Shown here in pieces: positions 1 to 8,847 of a DNA stretch of 64,000 nucleotides. Position 1 is the first letter of the stretch. Each line of letters begins with the position of its first letter. Both the position numbers and the translations under genes were made by a program. Below the pieces are notes generated by a model. It saw only the letters and a program-made list of their open reading frames with translations, was not told the origin of the DNA and ran no database searches. Origin of the DNA: a virus; UHGV virus genome UHGV-1372088; one strand, given 5' to 3'.

Positions 1-18
1 AAGATGGAGGTTGAATAG

Positions 19-357
19 ATGGCATTCATATCTCAACTGGGAACAATACCAAAGCGTAGCGGAAGAGTGCCAGGTTCTAAGTTCGTTTCGTTTAGAAAGA
101 CAAAATCTGGTGCTACTGGCGGGCTTATTACTAAGGACACTGGACTGCGCGGAACCAAAATAGACATTCAGATTGATGAGGATAATAAAACTATCCGCCT
201 CGGAAAGTTCGAAAACGGAGTGAAAGTAAATTCACGACAGGGGTCATTCAGTTGCTCGGTTAGCGTATTCAACGCTGTAGGCAAGACTAGAATATCCCTG
301 ACTGATGGCGGGGATGGGTGGTGGTACGGCAGTTATGCAGAAGGAGCCAACCAATGA
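19..357 (+). CDS. hypothetical protein (112 aa)
   Basis: Open frame in the supplied ORF track. No recognisable motifs. Co-oriented with downstream genes. Confidence 0.3.
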   Translation: MAFISQLGTIPKRSGRVPGSKFVSFRKTKSGATGGLITKDTGLRGTKIDIQIDEDNKTIRLGKFENGVKVNSRQGSFSCSVSVFNAVGKTRISLTDGGDGWWYGSYAEGANQ

Positions 358-659
358 CCAGCAAATTAACCAAAAAAGAGCAAGCCTGGGTTGATGAGAT
401 AAACGCGGGGCTGGCCCGTTGTCCATCCCCGAAGAAAATCGGCTTTTGCACTATCGGCGATCCAGTGATTGGCCTGTACGACCTCCGTCACGATGAAGAA
501 ATCTCGAACACCAACGATGATTTAATCCGCATAGTCGCTATGAAAGATCACCTCTTTCGCGAGCTCGTCAACGAATTGCGCGATGTGTCTCTCGAATACC
601 ATTCAACGCAGCAGCTGCGGGAGCGCATTGCCTCAACGCTACGGAAATATAGTCTGTAG
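354..659 (+). CDS. hypothetical protein (about 101 aa), start moved to internal Met (MTSKLTKK)
   Basis: ATGA overlap with the upstream ORF. No recognisable domain. Confidence 0.35.
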   Translation: MTSKLTKKEQAWVDEINAGLARCPSPKKIGFCTIGDPVIGLYDLRHDEEISNTNDDLIRIVAMKDHLFRELVNELRDVSLEYHSTQQLRERIASTLRKYSL

Positions 660-775
660 TCTGCCCTTTGTGATATGTATGTGAATACCTACAAAACTAA
701 AAGGCGTCGCTTTGATGCCTTTGCAAAAACAATATAATTACTAAACAAGTTAATTACTAAATAAGAGGAGTACAC

Positions 776-1075
776 ATGAAAGGTTTGGTTCGGATTTACA
801 ACTCCATCGACAGAGAGATTCTCCCCTACTTCTTGGTGGAGCTTGGCGGGACCACCGCGCCAGCTCTCACGGTTGACGAAAAGTCGCTCGTGTTGGAGAA
901 GATGGAAGCGAGAATTGCTGAAATTATCCCCGAACATTACTGCGATGGCATGAAGCCTGATGGTGACGGTGTTTTTTGGATTAATGGCGGTTGTCTGTAT
1001 GTCGAGGATGCGGAAGTGATCAGCGACAGCGATGCCACCCATCTTGAAAGGCTATTGTGTCTTTCTACTTTTTAA
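776..1075 (+). CDS. hypothetical protein (99 aa)
   Basis: Strong SD (AAGAGGAG) 7 nt upstream of the ATG at 776. A class-B-like promoter motif lies at 673-693. Confidence 0.45.
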   Translation: MKGLVRIYNSIDREILPYFLVELGGTTAPALTVDEKSLVLEKMEARIAEIIPEHYCDGMKPDGDGVFWINGGCLYVEDAEVISDSDATHLERLLCLSTF

Positions 1076-1267
1076 CATCATGTACGTAGACATTTACTTA
1101 GAAGGGTGTATTATGCCGCTCCTGTCCGTTATAGCGTCGCTTTTCCTTGTAGTGGATAGCGTCTTCATAGGCAGCTTCATAAATGCTCTTTTCCCGGTAA
1201 GTGGTCGAGTGATCGACATAGTTGTCGGTGTGTTTTTTTGCATTTCTATTTGGAAGCTGGCTGGCGC

Positions 1268-1606
1268 ATGAAAGGTTTATTGGCAGTATCGTTAATGTTG
1301 TTCTCGGCTCTCTCTATTGCGGATGAGCAAAGGGTTGAGCAGTGTGATATGAATATCCTGAAGATTGAAAATGGTGAGTTGGCACAAGCGGGTCACGCGA
1401 TGGGCCTGGCTATACTGACCTCAGACTCAACTCAGTTTTATGCGGTGATAGGTGATCGAATCATCAACTCCCCAATCCTAATGGATCACAAGGGTCAGAA
1501 GGCCGGTCAGAAAGCTGGCGCCGCATTCTTCATGCGAGACGGCAGCTTTGGCGTGATGTATGACGACTTTGGGTACGTGTTTGATAACTGCAAGAAGGTG
1601 GCGTGA
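1268..1606 (+). CDS. putative secreted protein with N-terminal signal peptide (MKGLLAVSLMLFSALSIADEQ)
   Basis: Internal Met followed by a hydrophobic h-region and an A-x-A-like cleavage site. Otherwise unknown. Confidence 0.4.
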   Translation: MKGLLAVSLMLFSALSIADEQRVEQCDMNILKIENGELAQAGHAMGLAILTSDSTQFYAVIGDRIINSPILMDHKGQKAGQKAGAAFFMRDGSFGVMYDDFGYVFDNCKKVA

Positions 1607-1818
1607 TGGATATCGGCAAAAGCATTGAGATGGAAAAGATAAGACCGTACTGGCGAGCCAAAGGCTTTACGCGCCCGGAGAACTTCTCCACCACGCTGGA
1701 GCGGGACGACTGCCAGATCGTGTATCGATACCGCTCATGGCAAATGATTGAGCATGGAGAGAAGAAAGCCAAGGTGAAGTCACACAGTCTCTACAATCTC
1801 TTGACCTCCATCACCTAA
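1603..1818 (+). CDS. hypothetical protein (71 aa)
   Basis: ATGA overlap with the upstream gene, which suggests translational coupling. Confidence 0.35.
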   Translation: MMDIGKSIEMEKIRPYWRAKGFTRPENFSTTLERDDCQIVYRYRSWQMIEHGEKKAKVKSHSLYNLLTSIT

Positions 1819-1837
1819 TTCTGACTTTGCCGCTTAC

Positions 1838-2070
1838 AGAGTAGATTGTCGCCTACAGAATAGATTGTACCGCTCACAGCATAGATAGTACCGTCTACAG
1901 CATAGATAAGAAGAAAGGCTCTCGGATAGAGAGCCTTTTTCGTCATCAGCACTTCATCCAGCCGCGCCACTTCACAGCTTTCAACTCAAAAAGTACCGCC
2001 TACAGAATAGATTTACCGCCTACAGAATAGATTATCGCCATTTTCACCGTCTACAGAATAGCTGCTACCG
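1838..2070. repeat. iteron cluster 1: about 7 copies of a 17-19 bp direct repeat (consensus tACCGCCTACAGAATAGAT)
   Basis: Direct repeats read in the sequence with roughly 20-22 bp periodicity. They are split by a bidirectional hairpin terminator at 1917-1941 (GGCTCTC...GAGAGCC plus T-run). Confidence 0.8.
1917..1941. terminator. bidirectional rho-independent terminator (A-run, hairpin, T-run)
   Basis: Stem GGCTCTC/GAGAGCC with a 5-nt loop, flanked by AAGAAA upstream and TTTTT downstream. Confidence 0.6.
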
Positions 2071-2071
2071 C

Positions 2072-3163
2072 CTACAGCGATCTGATTGTGGCGGCGATAG
2101 CATCTATCATCTTTAAGTTTTCTTCGGTGGGGTCACTCGCCAGCTCAGCAATACGCGCTCTAAGCCTTTCTTTTGCCAGACTTGTTTGATCTGTAGGCTT
2201 TTTGATCTCAGGCGGTATAGCATCCACTTCACTGACGGTCTTCAGCTTCGGATTGCGGTGATGGATGCTGAAAAACACTGACCGGTTTTTCTTTATTTCC
2301 GAGTAGGACAGGTAGCCGAGTTCCTCCAGCGTCTTCATTCCCTTCCTGACAAGCTGATTCTGTGAGTAGATGCTCTTGTTGCCGAAGTTCAGACGCGCTC
2401 TGAGACGCGCCAGGGATATGGGTATGGGGTTGGCTGGCAAGCTCTCAATAAACGTGTACAGCGCTTGTGCTGTCTCTTTACGGGGCAGCTTCTGAATGAC
2501 TTTCAGCTGCAACAGAACCTTATGGTCGAATTGGTACAGCTCTTTGAGACGCTTTTCGGCTTCAAACGAAATAATGCCAGTCTCTTCGTTGTAGTCGACG
2601 TTGTTCAGCAGATGAACCATCTTCATGACGATTTTGTTTGAGCCGTCTTCGTTCTTCGTCTCCAGAGTTTTCTGGAATGAGACGGTGGCGGACATAATTT
2701 TTCTGAGGCTGTTTAGCACCTTTTCTCGCAGCGTTTTTCTCAATCTTGACGAGGGATACCCGCAGTATTTGGCGAACTGCGTGATACTCATCTCCACGCG
2801 GCCAGACTCGTCGCCGAAATCAGCCAACCCTCGAACAATGCCGACCCACGTCTTGAAGTCTGAGTCCATATCCAGGCGGCTTCCTGTTATCTTTATGTCA
2901 GTGAAGCCCTCTGATTTGGCCGTTTCGAGCTGAATGAGCTCTTCAGTCGCGTCGATGACTGAACCTTTTTTGTTGTTGCGGTTGTTTGTCGACTTCAGTG
3001 TCGGCACGAAAAGACCGAGACGCATAAGCGCAATGGGTTGCACTGTATTCTGGTCGTTGGGCTTTAGGTTCCCTGTGTATTGATTTTGAACAATTTCTAA
3101 CTCTTCGATGAGATCGTCATCTATCTTGATGTTTTTCTTTGCTATTTTTTTTCTTTCTGCCAT
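2072..3163 (-). CDS. putative iteron-binding replication initiator (Rep-like), about 363 aa from MAERKK
   Basis: The only large minus-strand gene in this area. It is bracketed on both sides by arrays of the same 17-19 bp iteron and followed by a GATC cluster and DnaA box. The protein is basic/Lys-rich. The call rests on this plasmid-like context, not on sequence similarity. Confidence 0.5.
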   Translation of the reverse strand: MAERKKIAKKNIKIDDDLIEELEIVQNQYTGNLKPNDQNTVQPIALMRLGLFVPTLKSTNNRNNKKGSVIDATEELIQLETAKSEGFTDIKITGSRLDMDSDFKTWVGIVRGLADFGDESGRVEMSITQFAKYCGYPSSRLRKTLREKVLNSLRKIMSATVSFQKTLETKNEDGSNKIVMKMVHLLNNVDYNEETGIISFEAEKRLKELYQFDHKVLLQLKVIQKLPRKETAQALYTFIESLPANPIPISLARLRARLNFGNKSIYSQNQLVRKGMKTLEELGYLSYSEIKKNRSVFFSIHHRNPKLKTVSEVDAIPPEIKKPTDQTSLAKERLRARIAELASDPTEENLKMIDAIAATIRSL

Positions 3164-3185
3164 GTGGATATGCCTTGATAAATAT

Positions 3186-3292
3186 CGCCTACAGAATAGA
3201 TGAATCACCGCCTACAGAATAGACTTTGTCGCCCATAGTATAGCTTATATCGCCTACAGAATAGCTTTTACCGCTTACAGAATAGGTCGACA
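3186..3292. repeat. iteron cluster 2: about 5 copies of the same 17-19 bp repeat
   Basis: Repeats ATCGCCTACAGAATAGAT, TCACCGCCTACAGAATAGAC and similar read directly. They overlap the 5' end of the Rep-like gene, as expected for an autoregulated iteron replicon. Confidence 0.8.
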
Positions 3293-3329
3293 GGCGCTTA
3301 GACCAGACGTGGCGCGGCCTGTAGGGATT

Positions 3330-3410
3330 CCGGGATCTCTTTTGATCTCTGTGGGGATCTATTTGGGATCTAACTAATTGGATCTATCCGGTTGATATGT
3401 GGATAACTTC
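3330..3410. promoter_or_regulatory. origin-like element: 5 GATC sites within 51 bp followed by a perfect DnaA box (TGTGGATAA, i.e. TTATCCACA)
   Basis: GATC at 3334, 3344, 3356, 3367 and 3381. DnaA box at 3398-3406. This resembles oriC and the origins of iteron plasmids. Confidence 0.6.
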
Positions 3411-3508
3411 TCTCAGAAATATTTCACATCACGACTAGGCACATTCAACAAAGCCTAATCGAATTGTTTTATGATCTCCCTGGCCAACAAAAAACTAACG
3501 AGGCGACT

Positions 3509-4135
3509 ATGGGCGATTTGAAGCACCTCAAGTATGTGAAGCGTCTGGAGGATGGCTCTTTCTCCGTTATACCGACAAAGCAGGTCGAAACCCAAAAGGA
3601 TTTGTGCAGTCTGTGTGGCATTGAGTCTGTATGCCGCATTCGCATTGCTCGCGAGCGTATCAAGCAAGCTGGCGCGGAAGTATCAATGTCATCGTGCAAA
3701 CGCTACGTCCCTATCCTGACGTTCCGCAAACCGCACGTTGGACTGAATCTGACCTTCTTCAACACGATCCGCGCCGGGACTACATGGGCGTTTCGTCTGA
3801 ATAAGGGCAGCATCGTATGCCTGGCAGACGCAGAGACAGGAGAGCCTATCAGGTTCATGAGAGTGGAAAGCGTTCGCACCGGAGGTGTAGACAGTCTTCT
3901 CAACAAACACGCTCGATTCAACCATCTTGCCGTAGGTGGCAAAGGTGCGGAGTTCACGAGGAACTTCGTCAAGAAAGCCTATGGCCACTTCCTGAAGGAA
4001 GATGGGATGCTGACGGCGATATACCTGCGCAACATCAAATCTGACTTCGACTACCAGTACCACGACGCGACCGACGCTCTGTATATCGACGGAAAGCCAG
4101 CGCCTGATAACGTCATTTCCATCAGTAGATCCTGA
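3509..4135 (+). CDS. hypothetical protein, possible ASCH/PUA-like fold
   Basis: Start moved to MGDLKHLKY. Weak resemblance to the ASCH pattern (I-x-x-G-x-x-x-x-x-x-R around IRAGTTWAFR). The fold assignment is tentative. Confidence 0.35.
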   Translation: MGDLKHLKYVKRLEDGSFSVIPTKQVETQKDLCSLCGIESVCRIRIARERIKQAGAEVSMSSCKRYVPILTFRKPHVGLNLTFFNTIRAGTTWAFRLNKGSIVCLADAETGEPIRFMRVESVRTGGVDSLLNKHARFNHLAVGGKGAEFTRNFVKKAYGHFLKEDGMLTAIYLRNIKSDFDYQYHDATDALYIDGKPAPDNVISISRS

Positions 4136-4146
4136 TCACCCTCCCG

Positions 4147-4171
4147 CCGACTGCCTTAGTCGGTGTTTTTT
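4147..4171 (+). terminator. rho-independent terminator
   Basis: Stem CCGAC/GTCGG with a 7-nt loop, followed by TGTTTTTT. Confidence 0.6.
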
Positions 4172-4310
4172 GCCATGATGATATGTACTTGCTTACATAT
4201 CTTTTTAAAACGATAATCGCCCACCTGTAAGACACCAATCCGCCTTTCAATTCAGCTTTTACGCCGTATGCATATGCATATAATTAAGCGAAACAAAGGA
4301 GAAAATACAC

Positions 4311-5396
4311 ATGAGCAATCCTTTCGGACTGATCTCTGATCAGCACTACAACAACTGGAGCCAGTTCGGTCGAACCATCGGCCTCGACTACAACTCGCGG
4401 CTGAAAATCCAGCTTGAAACAACGCTTGAAGCAGCAAAAGCAATGAAGGCTGCGGGTTGCGAATATCTGTTTTGCGCAGGAGATACTTTCCACGTTCGCG
4501 GAACACTCCTTCCCTCTGTCCTGAACTACGTGACCGAAACGTACAAACAGATCATCAACGAGATTGGGCTGAAGGTCGTCATGCTGGCCGGCAACCACGA
4601 TTTAGAAACGAATGCGTCAGTCTACTCGTCAAATGCATCAAGCAGCCTGGCAGGCATTGGCGTTCACGTCGTCTGTGGCGCTCCATACAGCGTTAAGGTG
4701 GGCGATGCGACCATTCATCTGGTCAGCTGGCGCGAAAGCTACACAGAGCTTCTGGTGGACCTGAAACAAGTTCGCGCTGAAGCGGGTGATGGCATTCACG
4801 ATCTGATTATCCATGCGGGGATTAACAATGCGATCCCAACCATGCCAAACACCGGCATCGATGCAGAAGATCTGAAAGCGCTTGGATTCCGCAACGTCTA
4901 CGCCGGCCACTACCACAACCACCGCGAAATTCTGCCAGGCGTTATCTCTATCGGCGCACTGAACCACCAGCAATGGTCTGACGTGGGCAGCATCGCCGGC
5001 TACATGATTGTGAATGCAGACGGGACGTTTAAGCAGTACGAAACATCCTCGCCGAAATTCATCGCGCTGGAAGGCGAGATTAGCGAAGAGGATCTCAAAG
5101 GCAACTACGTCCGCTATCGCGCAGAAGTGGAATCGGACGAAGAGGCAGCGGAAATTCGCTCAGAGCTCGATGCGATTGGCGCGGCTGGTGTGGTCACTGC
5201 TTTTGTCCGCAAACGTGCGTTGGCGGTGTCTGGACCAAGTACGGCGGATACGCGGCGCATAGACAGTCTGGGTGAGTCCATCAGCTCATACTGCAAGGCG
5301 CAGCATGAAAAGACCAAAGACTTCGATCTGACCGCGCTGGATTCTCTGTGTAGAGAAATCCTGATGGAAGCCGAAAGCGCCGGAACATCGGATTGA
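4311..5396 (+). CDS. sbcD: SbcD/Mre11-like nuclease subunit (calcineurin-like metallophosphoesterase)
   Basis: Phosphoesterase motifs GDTFH, AGNHD and AGHYH. Lies directly upstream of an SbcC-like ATPase. Confidence 0.8.
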   Translation: MSNPFGLISDQHYNNWSQFGRTIGLDYNSRLKIQLETTLEAAKAMKAAGCEYLFCAGDTFHVRGTLLPSVLNYVTETYKQIINEIGLKVVMLAGNHDLETNASVYSSNASSSLAGIGVHVVCGAPYSVKVGDATIHLVSWRESYTELLVDLKQVRAEAGDGIHDLIIHAGINNAIPTMPNTGIDAEDLKALGFRNVYAGHYHNHREILPGVISIGALNHQQWSDVGSIAGYMIVNADGTFKQYETSSPKFIALEGEISEEDLKGNYVRYRAEVESDEEAAEIRSELDAIGAAGVVTAFVRKRALAVSGPSTADTRRIDSLGESISSYCKAQHEKTKDFDLTALDSLCREILMEAESAGTSD

Positions 5397-5598
5397 GGAT
5401 TTTAATTCCCGACAAGATCGCGCTGCAACGCTTGAATAGCGGGATGACTGTCTGTGTTCACAGAAAACACTTTGAAAGTGTCGTGAGAAAGAGTCTGGCC
5501 CGGTACGTGAAAACTGGCTTGATTGAGAAAGTGATTTTCACCTCTCACATCGAGTACCGCCGCGCAAAACTTTCTGAAAATACTAACCCGGAGCGGTT

Positions 5599-7515
5599 AT
5601 GAAATTTCTACAGCTTAAAATCGAAAACTTTATGGTCATCGGGGAAGCGACTGTCGATCTGGATGCTCGCGGACTCCTGCTGATCCAGGGCATCAATAGC
5701 GCGGACTCCAGTGCCGCCAGCAATGGCGCGGGTAAATCCACGCTGATGAACGCGCTGATGTGGTGCCTGTATGGCGAAACAGCCACGGGCTACAAAAGCG
5801 ATGACGTGCTTTCCAGCCACAACCCCAAAAACTGTCGCGTAACGGTGATGATTGAGGATGAAGGCCAGAAGTACGCCATTATCCGCCACCGCAACCACAA
5901 AGAGTTTAAGAACCGCTTGCTGGTGCGCAGCGAGGATGGCGATTTAACCAAGGGCAAAGATACGTTAACCCAGCAACTGGTTGAGCGTCTTATCGGTTCG
6001 TCAAAAGACGTCTTCATGGCGTCCATTTACGCCAGTCAGGAGGCGATGCCAGATCTGCCTGGCATGAGCGACAAGAACCTGAAGGAGATCGTCGAGGAAG
6101 CGGCCGGGGTCACTCGTTTAACTAAAGCGTATGCGGTGGCGCGTGAACGAGCCAACAACGCAGCGAGCCAGGTCAATATCATCCAGACGAAGATTGACGC
6201 CAAGCTGTCGGTCATCGATACCACGGAAGAGACGATAGGTCGTTTGCGTGAGTCGTCTGATCGGTGGGTGGAGACGACGAAGGAATCGGCCGATCGCGCA
6301 AGGATACTCAAAAATAATGCCGAAGTTGCGCTGACCGAGCATCAAATGTCACACAGTGACGACGATATCGAAATCGAACGCATTGAGCGCCGCATTCAGG
6401 AAGAACAGGCGAAGATGTCCGGCCGCGCGGAACACGATGCCAAGGTGTCGAAAGCCAACACCATTGTCGCGACGATGAGGGCTGACATCCGTAGCCTGGT
6501 GGCCGAGAAAGACCGCAAGGTTAAGCAGATCCAGCGTCACCAGAAGGACGCGGAGGTTGTCGACTCTAAAATCGGATCGCCATGTACGACGTGCGGTAAA
6601 CCATATTGCGAAGAAGACTTGGGAGCAGTCCGCGCCAGCCATAAGGCGTTGGCCAGACAGGTTCTCGAAGAAGCGAAAGATGTGGCCGCCAAACACAAAA
6701 CGCTGGCTGAAAATCTTGAAAAAGCTGAAGCCATTTACGATACGTTGGTTGCCGCCACTCCAGACGTTTCGGCGATCACTGCAACCATATCCAGCCTCAA
6801 TACTCAGCTGACCAAACTGAATGCGAGCAAGTCTGAAGAGAACATGCTGGCGTCCAGGGTGAAGCAAGCCGACGATGCGCTGAAGCAGATCATGGAAGCG
6901 AAGAACCCACATACGGCGAACATCACACAGCTGGAAAAGACGCTCTCAGAGACGCGCAAAACGTTCAAAGAGCTGAAGGAATCTATGAGTGAGGCCAAAG
7001 CACGCCATGAGCTGCTGGAACGCGCCAAAGCGGTTTACGCACCATCCGGTGTCCGCTCACACATCCTCGCATCGATTACGCCGTTCCTGAATGCCAAAAC
7101 GTCGGAATATCTGTCCACCCTTTCCGACGGAAACATCACGGCCGAATGGTCGACGATGGAGGAAACGAAGAAGGGCGAAGTTCGTGATCGCTTCAACATC
7201 GCGGTGGAGAAGACTGGCTTCAGTCGAGACTTCCGTGGTCTGTCTGGCGGCGAGAAGCGCAAGGTCCGTATCGCTTGTGCGCTGGCGCTTCAGGATCTGG
7301 TGGCCAACCGTGCGAGCAAAAACATCGAGCTATTCATCGGCGATGAAATAGACGATGCGCTGGACGCGGCAGGACTTGAGCGTCTGATGTCCATTCTGGA
7401 GATGAAGGCTCGTGAGCGCGGGACGGTGATGATCATTTCGCACAAAGAAATGAAGTCGTGGTTCCGCGAAACCATCACTCTTGAAGTGAAGGACGGGCGC
7501 AGCTATGTCCTGTAA
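5599..7515 (+). CDS. sbcC: SbcC/Rad50-like ATPase subunit
   Basis: N-terminal Walker A GAGKST. Long central coiled coil with a CxxC zinc hook (CTTCGKPYC). C-terminal ABC signature LSGGEKRKV and Walker B LFIGDEID. Confidence 0.8.
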   Translation: MKFLQLKIENFMVIGEATVDLDARGLLLIQGINSADSSAASNGAGKSTLMNALMWCLYGETATGYKSDDVLSSHNPKNCRVTVMIEDEGQKYAIIRHRNHKEFKNRLLVRSEDGDLTKGKDTLTQQLVERLIGSSKDVFMASIYASQEAMPDLPGMSDKNLKEIVEEAAGVTRLTKAYAVARERANNAASQVNIIQTKIDAKLSVIDTTEETIGRLRESSDRWVETTKESADRARILKNNAEVALTEHQMSHSDDDIEIERIERRIQEEQAKMSGRAEHDAKVSKANTIVATMRADIRSLVAEKDRKVKQIQRHQKDAEVVDSKIGSPCTTCGKPYCEEDLGAVRASHKALARQVLEEAKDVAAKHKTLAENLEKAEAIYDTLVAATPDVSAITATISSLNTQLTKLNASKSEENMLASRVKQADDALKQIMEAKNPHTANITQLEKTLSETRKTFKELKESMSEAKARHELLERAKAVYAPSGVRSHILASITPFLNAKTSEYLSTLSDGNITAEWSTMEETKKGEVRDRFNIAVEKTGFSRDFRGLSGGEKRKVRIACALALQDLVANRASKNIELFIGDEIDDALDAAGLERLMSILEMKARERGTVMIISHKEMKSWFRETITLEVKDGRSYVL

Positions 7516-8206
7516 GTTAACGCCGGCACAGTTTATCCAGGCGGTCAGTTTGACCGCTTCACTGATTAAGCTGATTAGCGCATCGAAGGAAACCATCATT
7601 GCTCACCGGTCAGTTGCGATTGAGATGGACATTTTTAATGTACCACTTGACGAAAATGACAGAGTAAAGGAGGCGATCCATAGAATGGCGCTGGAGCTGG
7701 CCGGTCTTACACGATATGAGCTAGGGCCGCTCGTTCCCATCAGTCATGGCATGGCGGTGTCGGATATGTCTGGCAGCATCGAGAATGACGTCATGATCCA
7801 GAACTTCTTCGCCGGGAAGATGGTCGAGATAAACGCTATATGCTCAGGCAACGACAGACCAGCTTTCAGTGGGTCCGCGCATTTAAACAATTCTCCTGAA
7901 TGCTACGGCTGTGTGGTGGCGATGTTTGACGAAAATAATCAATGTGTATTCTCTGCTAAAGGCGAAGTTATGAGGCTTATTGGTCAGCCCGAAATTATCG
8001 CCTGTGGTCTTACTGAATCTCAGACCCGGATGAACGCTTTCTCGGATTTTGTGAATGAGTACGTGAAGCGCGGCCAAATGGCTGGTCTGGCTGGTCTGGT
8101 GGATCTTGGTCAGACCGAGCCAATGAAAAACAGATCGGAAATAGAAATTGAACCTGCACGCCAGAAGACGGCGCAGGATATGTCACACCTTTGGGGAATG
8201 TTTTAA
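7505..8206 (+). CDS. hypothetical protein (233 aa)
   Basis: Start overlaps the sbcC stop. No recognisable motif. Confidence 0.45.
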   Translation: MSCKLTPAQFIQAVSLTASLIKLISASKETIIAHRSVAIEMDIFNVPLDENDRVKEAIHRMALELAGLTRYELGPLVPISHGMAVSDMSGSIENDVMIQNFFAGKMVEINAICSGNDRPAFSGSAHLNNSPECYGCVVAMFDENNQCVFSAKGEVMRLIGQPEIIACGLTESQTRMNAFSDFVNEYVKRGQMAGLAGLVDLGQTEPMKNRSEIEIEPARQKTAQDMSHLWGMF

Positions 8207-8779
8207 ATGGGAAAGAAAATCAGGATCGCCGGACTTGATCCGTCAATGTCGAACTTTGGCATTTCAGTCGGTACGCTCGACATTGACACCAACAAGGTGG
8301 ATATCGAGAAGTTTTATCTGGTGGAAACAAGCGCTGGTGGGAGCAAGAAACAGGTTCGCGTAAACAGTGACGATCTGCGTCGAGCCAATGAAATCTGGCG
8401 TACTTTGAAGCCAGTCATTGACGATGCGCAGCTTATCTTTGCCGAGCTGCCAGTGGGCAGCCAGTCATCAAGAGCCCAGACGTCATACGGCATTTGCCTT
8501 GGCGTACTGGCTTGCATCAACAAGCCACTCATTCAGTTAACCCCAACGGAGATTAAACAGTATGTCGGCGGAAAGAAAGACACTTCAAAGGCAGAAATCA
8601 TCGAGTGGGCTGTTTCTCAGCAACCAAATGCTCCTTGGCTTAAGAAAAAAACTAAAGGTGTCGAAACCCTCGTCAACAAGAACGAACACCTTGCCGACTC
8701 CGTTGCCGCAATCTACACAGGACTGACGACGGATCAGTATCAGAACGCGGCCAACATGATGCGGTCTTTCGCTTCATAA
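8207..8779 (+). CDS. RuvC-like Holliday junction resolvase
   Basis: N-terminal IAGLDPS...GISVG resembles RuvC ILGIDPGSRVTGYGV. Further acidic catalytic positions (ELPVG, LADSVAAIYTG) are collinear with RuvC. Confidence 0.55.
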   Translation: MGKKIRIAGLDPSMSNFGISVGTLDIDTNKVDIEKFYLVETSAGGSKKQVRVNSDDLRRANEIWRTLKPVIDDAQLIFAELPVGSQSSRAQTSYGICLGVLACINKPLIQLTPTEIKQYVGGKKDTSKAEIIEWAVSQQPNAPWLKKKTKGVETLVNKNEHLADSVAAIYTGLTTDQYQNAANMMRSFAS

Positions 8780-8783
8780 GTTG

Positions 8784-8799
8784 ATATGTATTTACATAC
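8784..8799. promoter_or_regulatory. class-B promoter-associated inverted repeat ATATGTATTTACATAC
   Basis: One of at least 10 copies of the TATGTA-N-TACATA motif in this window. Sits about 50 bp upstream of nrdA. Confidence 0.5.
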
Positions 8800-8847
8800 T
8801 TAATATCATGTGTCCCACATATAGCAAAAAACCAACGTGGGACACAC

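Noticed and set aside
1838-3292. Possible CRISPR array, given the regularly spaced direct repeats
   Set aside because: The repeats are only 17-19 bp with 2-5 bp spacers, and they flank a rep-like gene on both sides. This is an iteron architecture, not a repeat-spacer array, and no cas genes are present.
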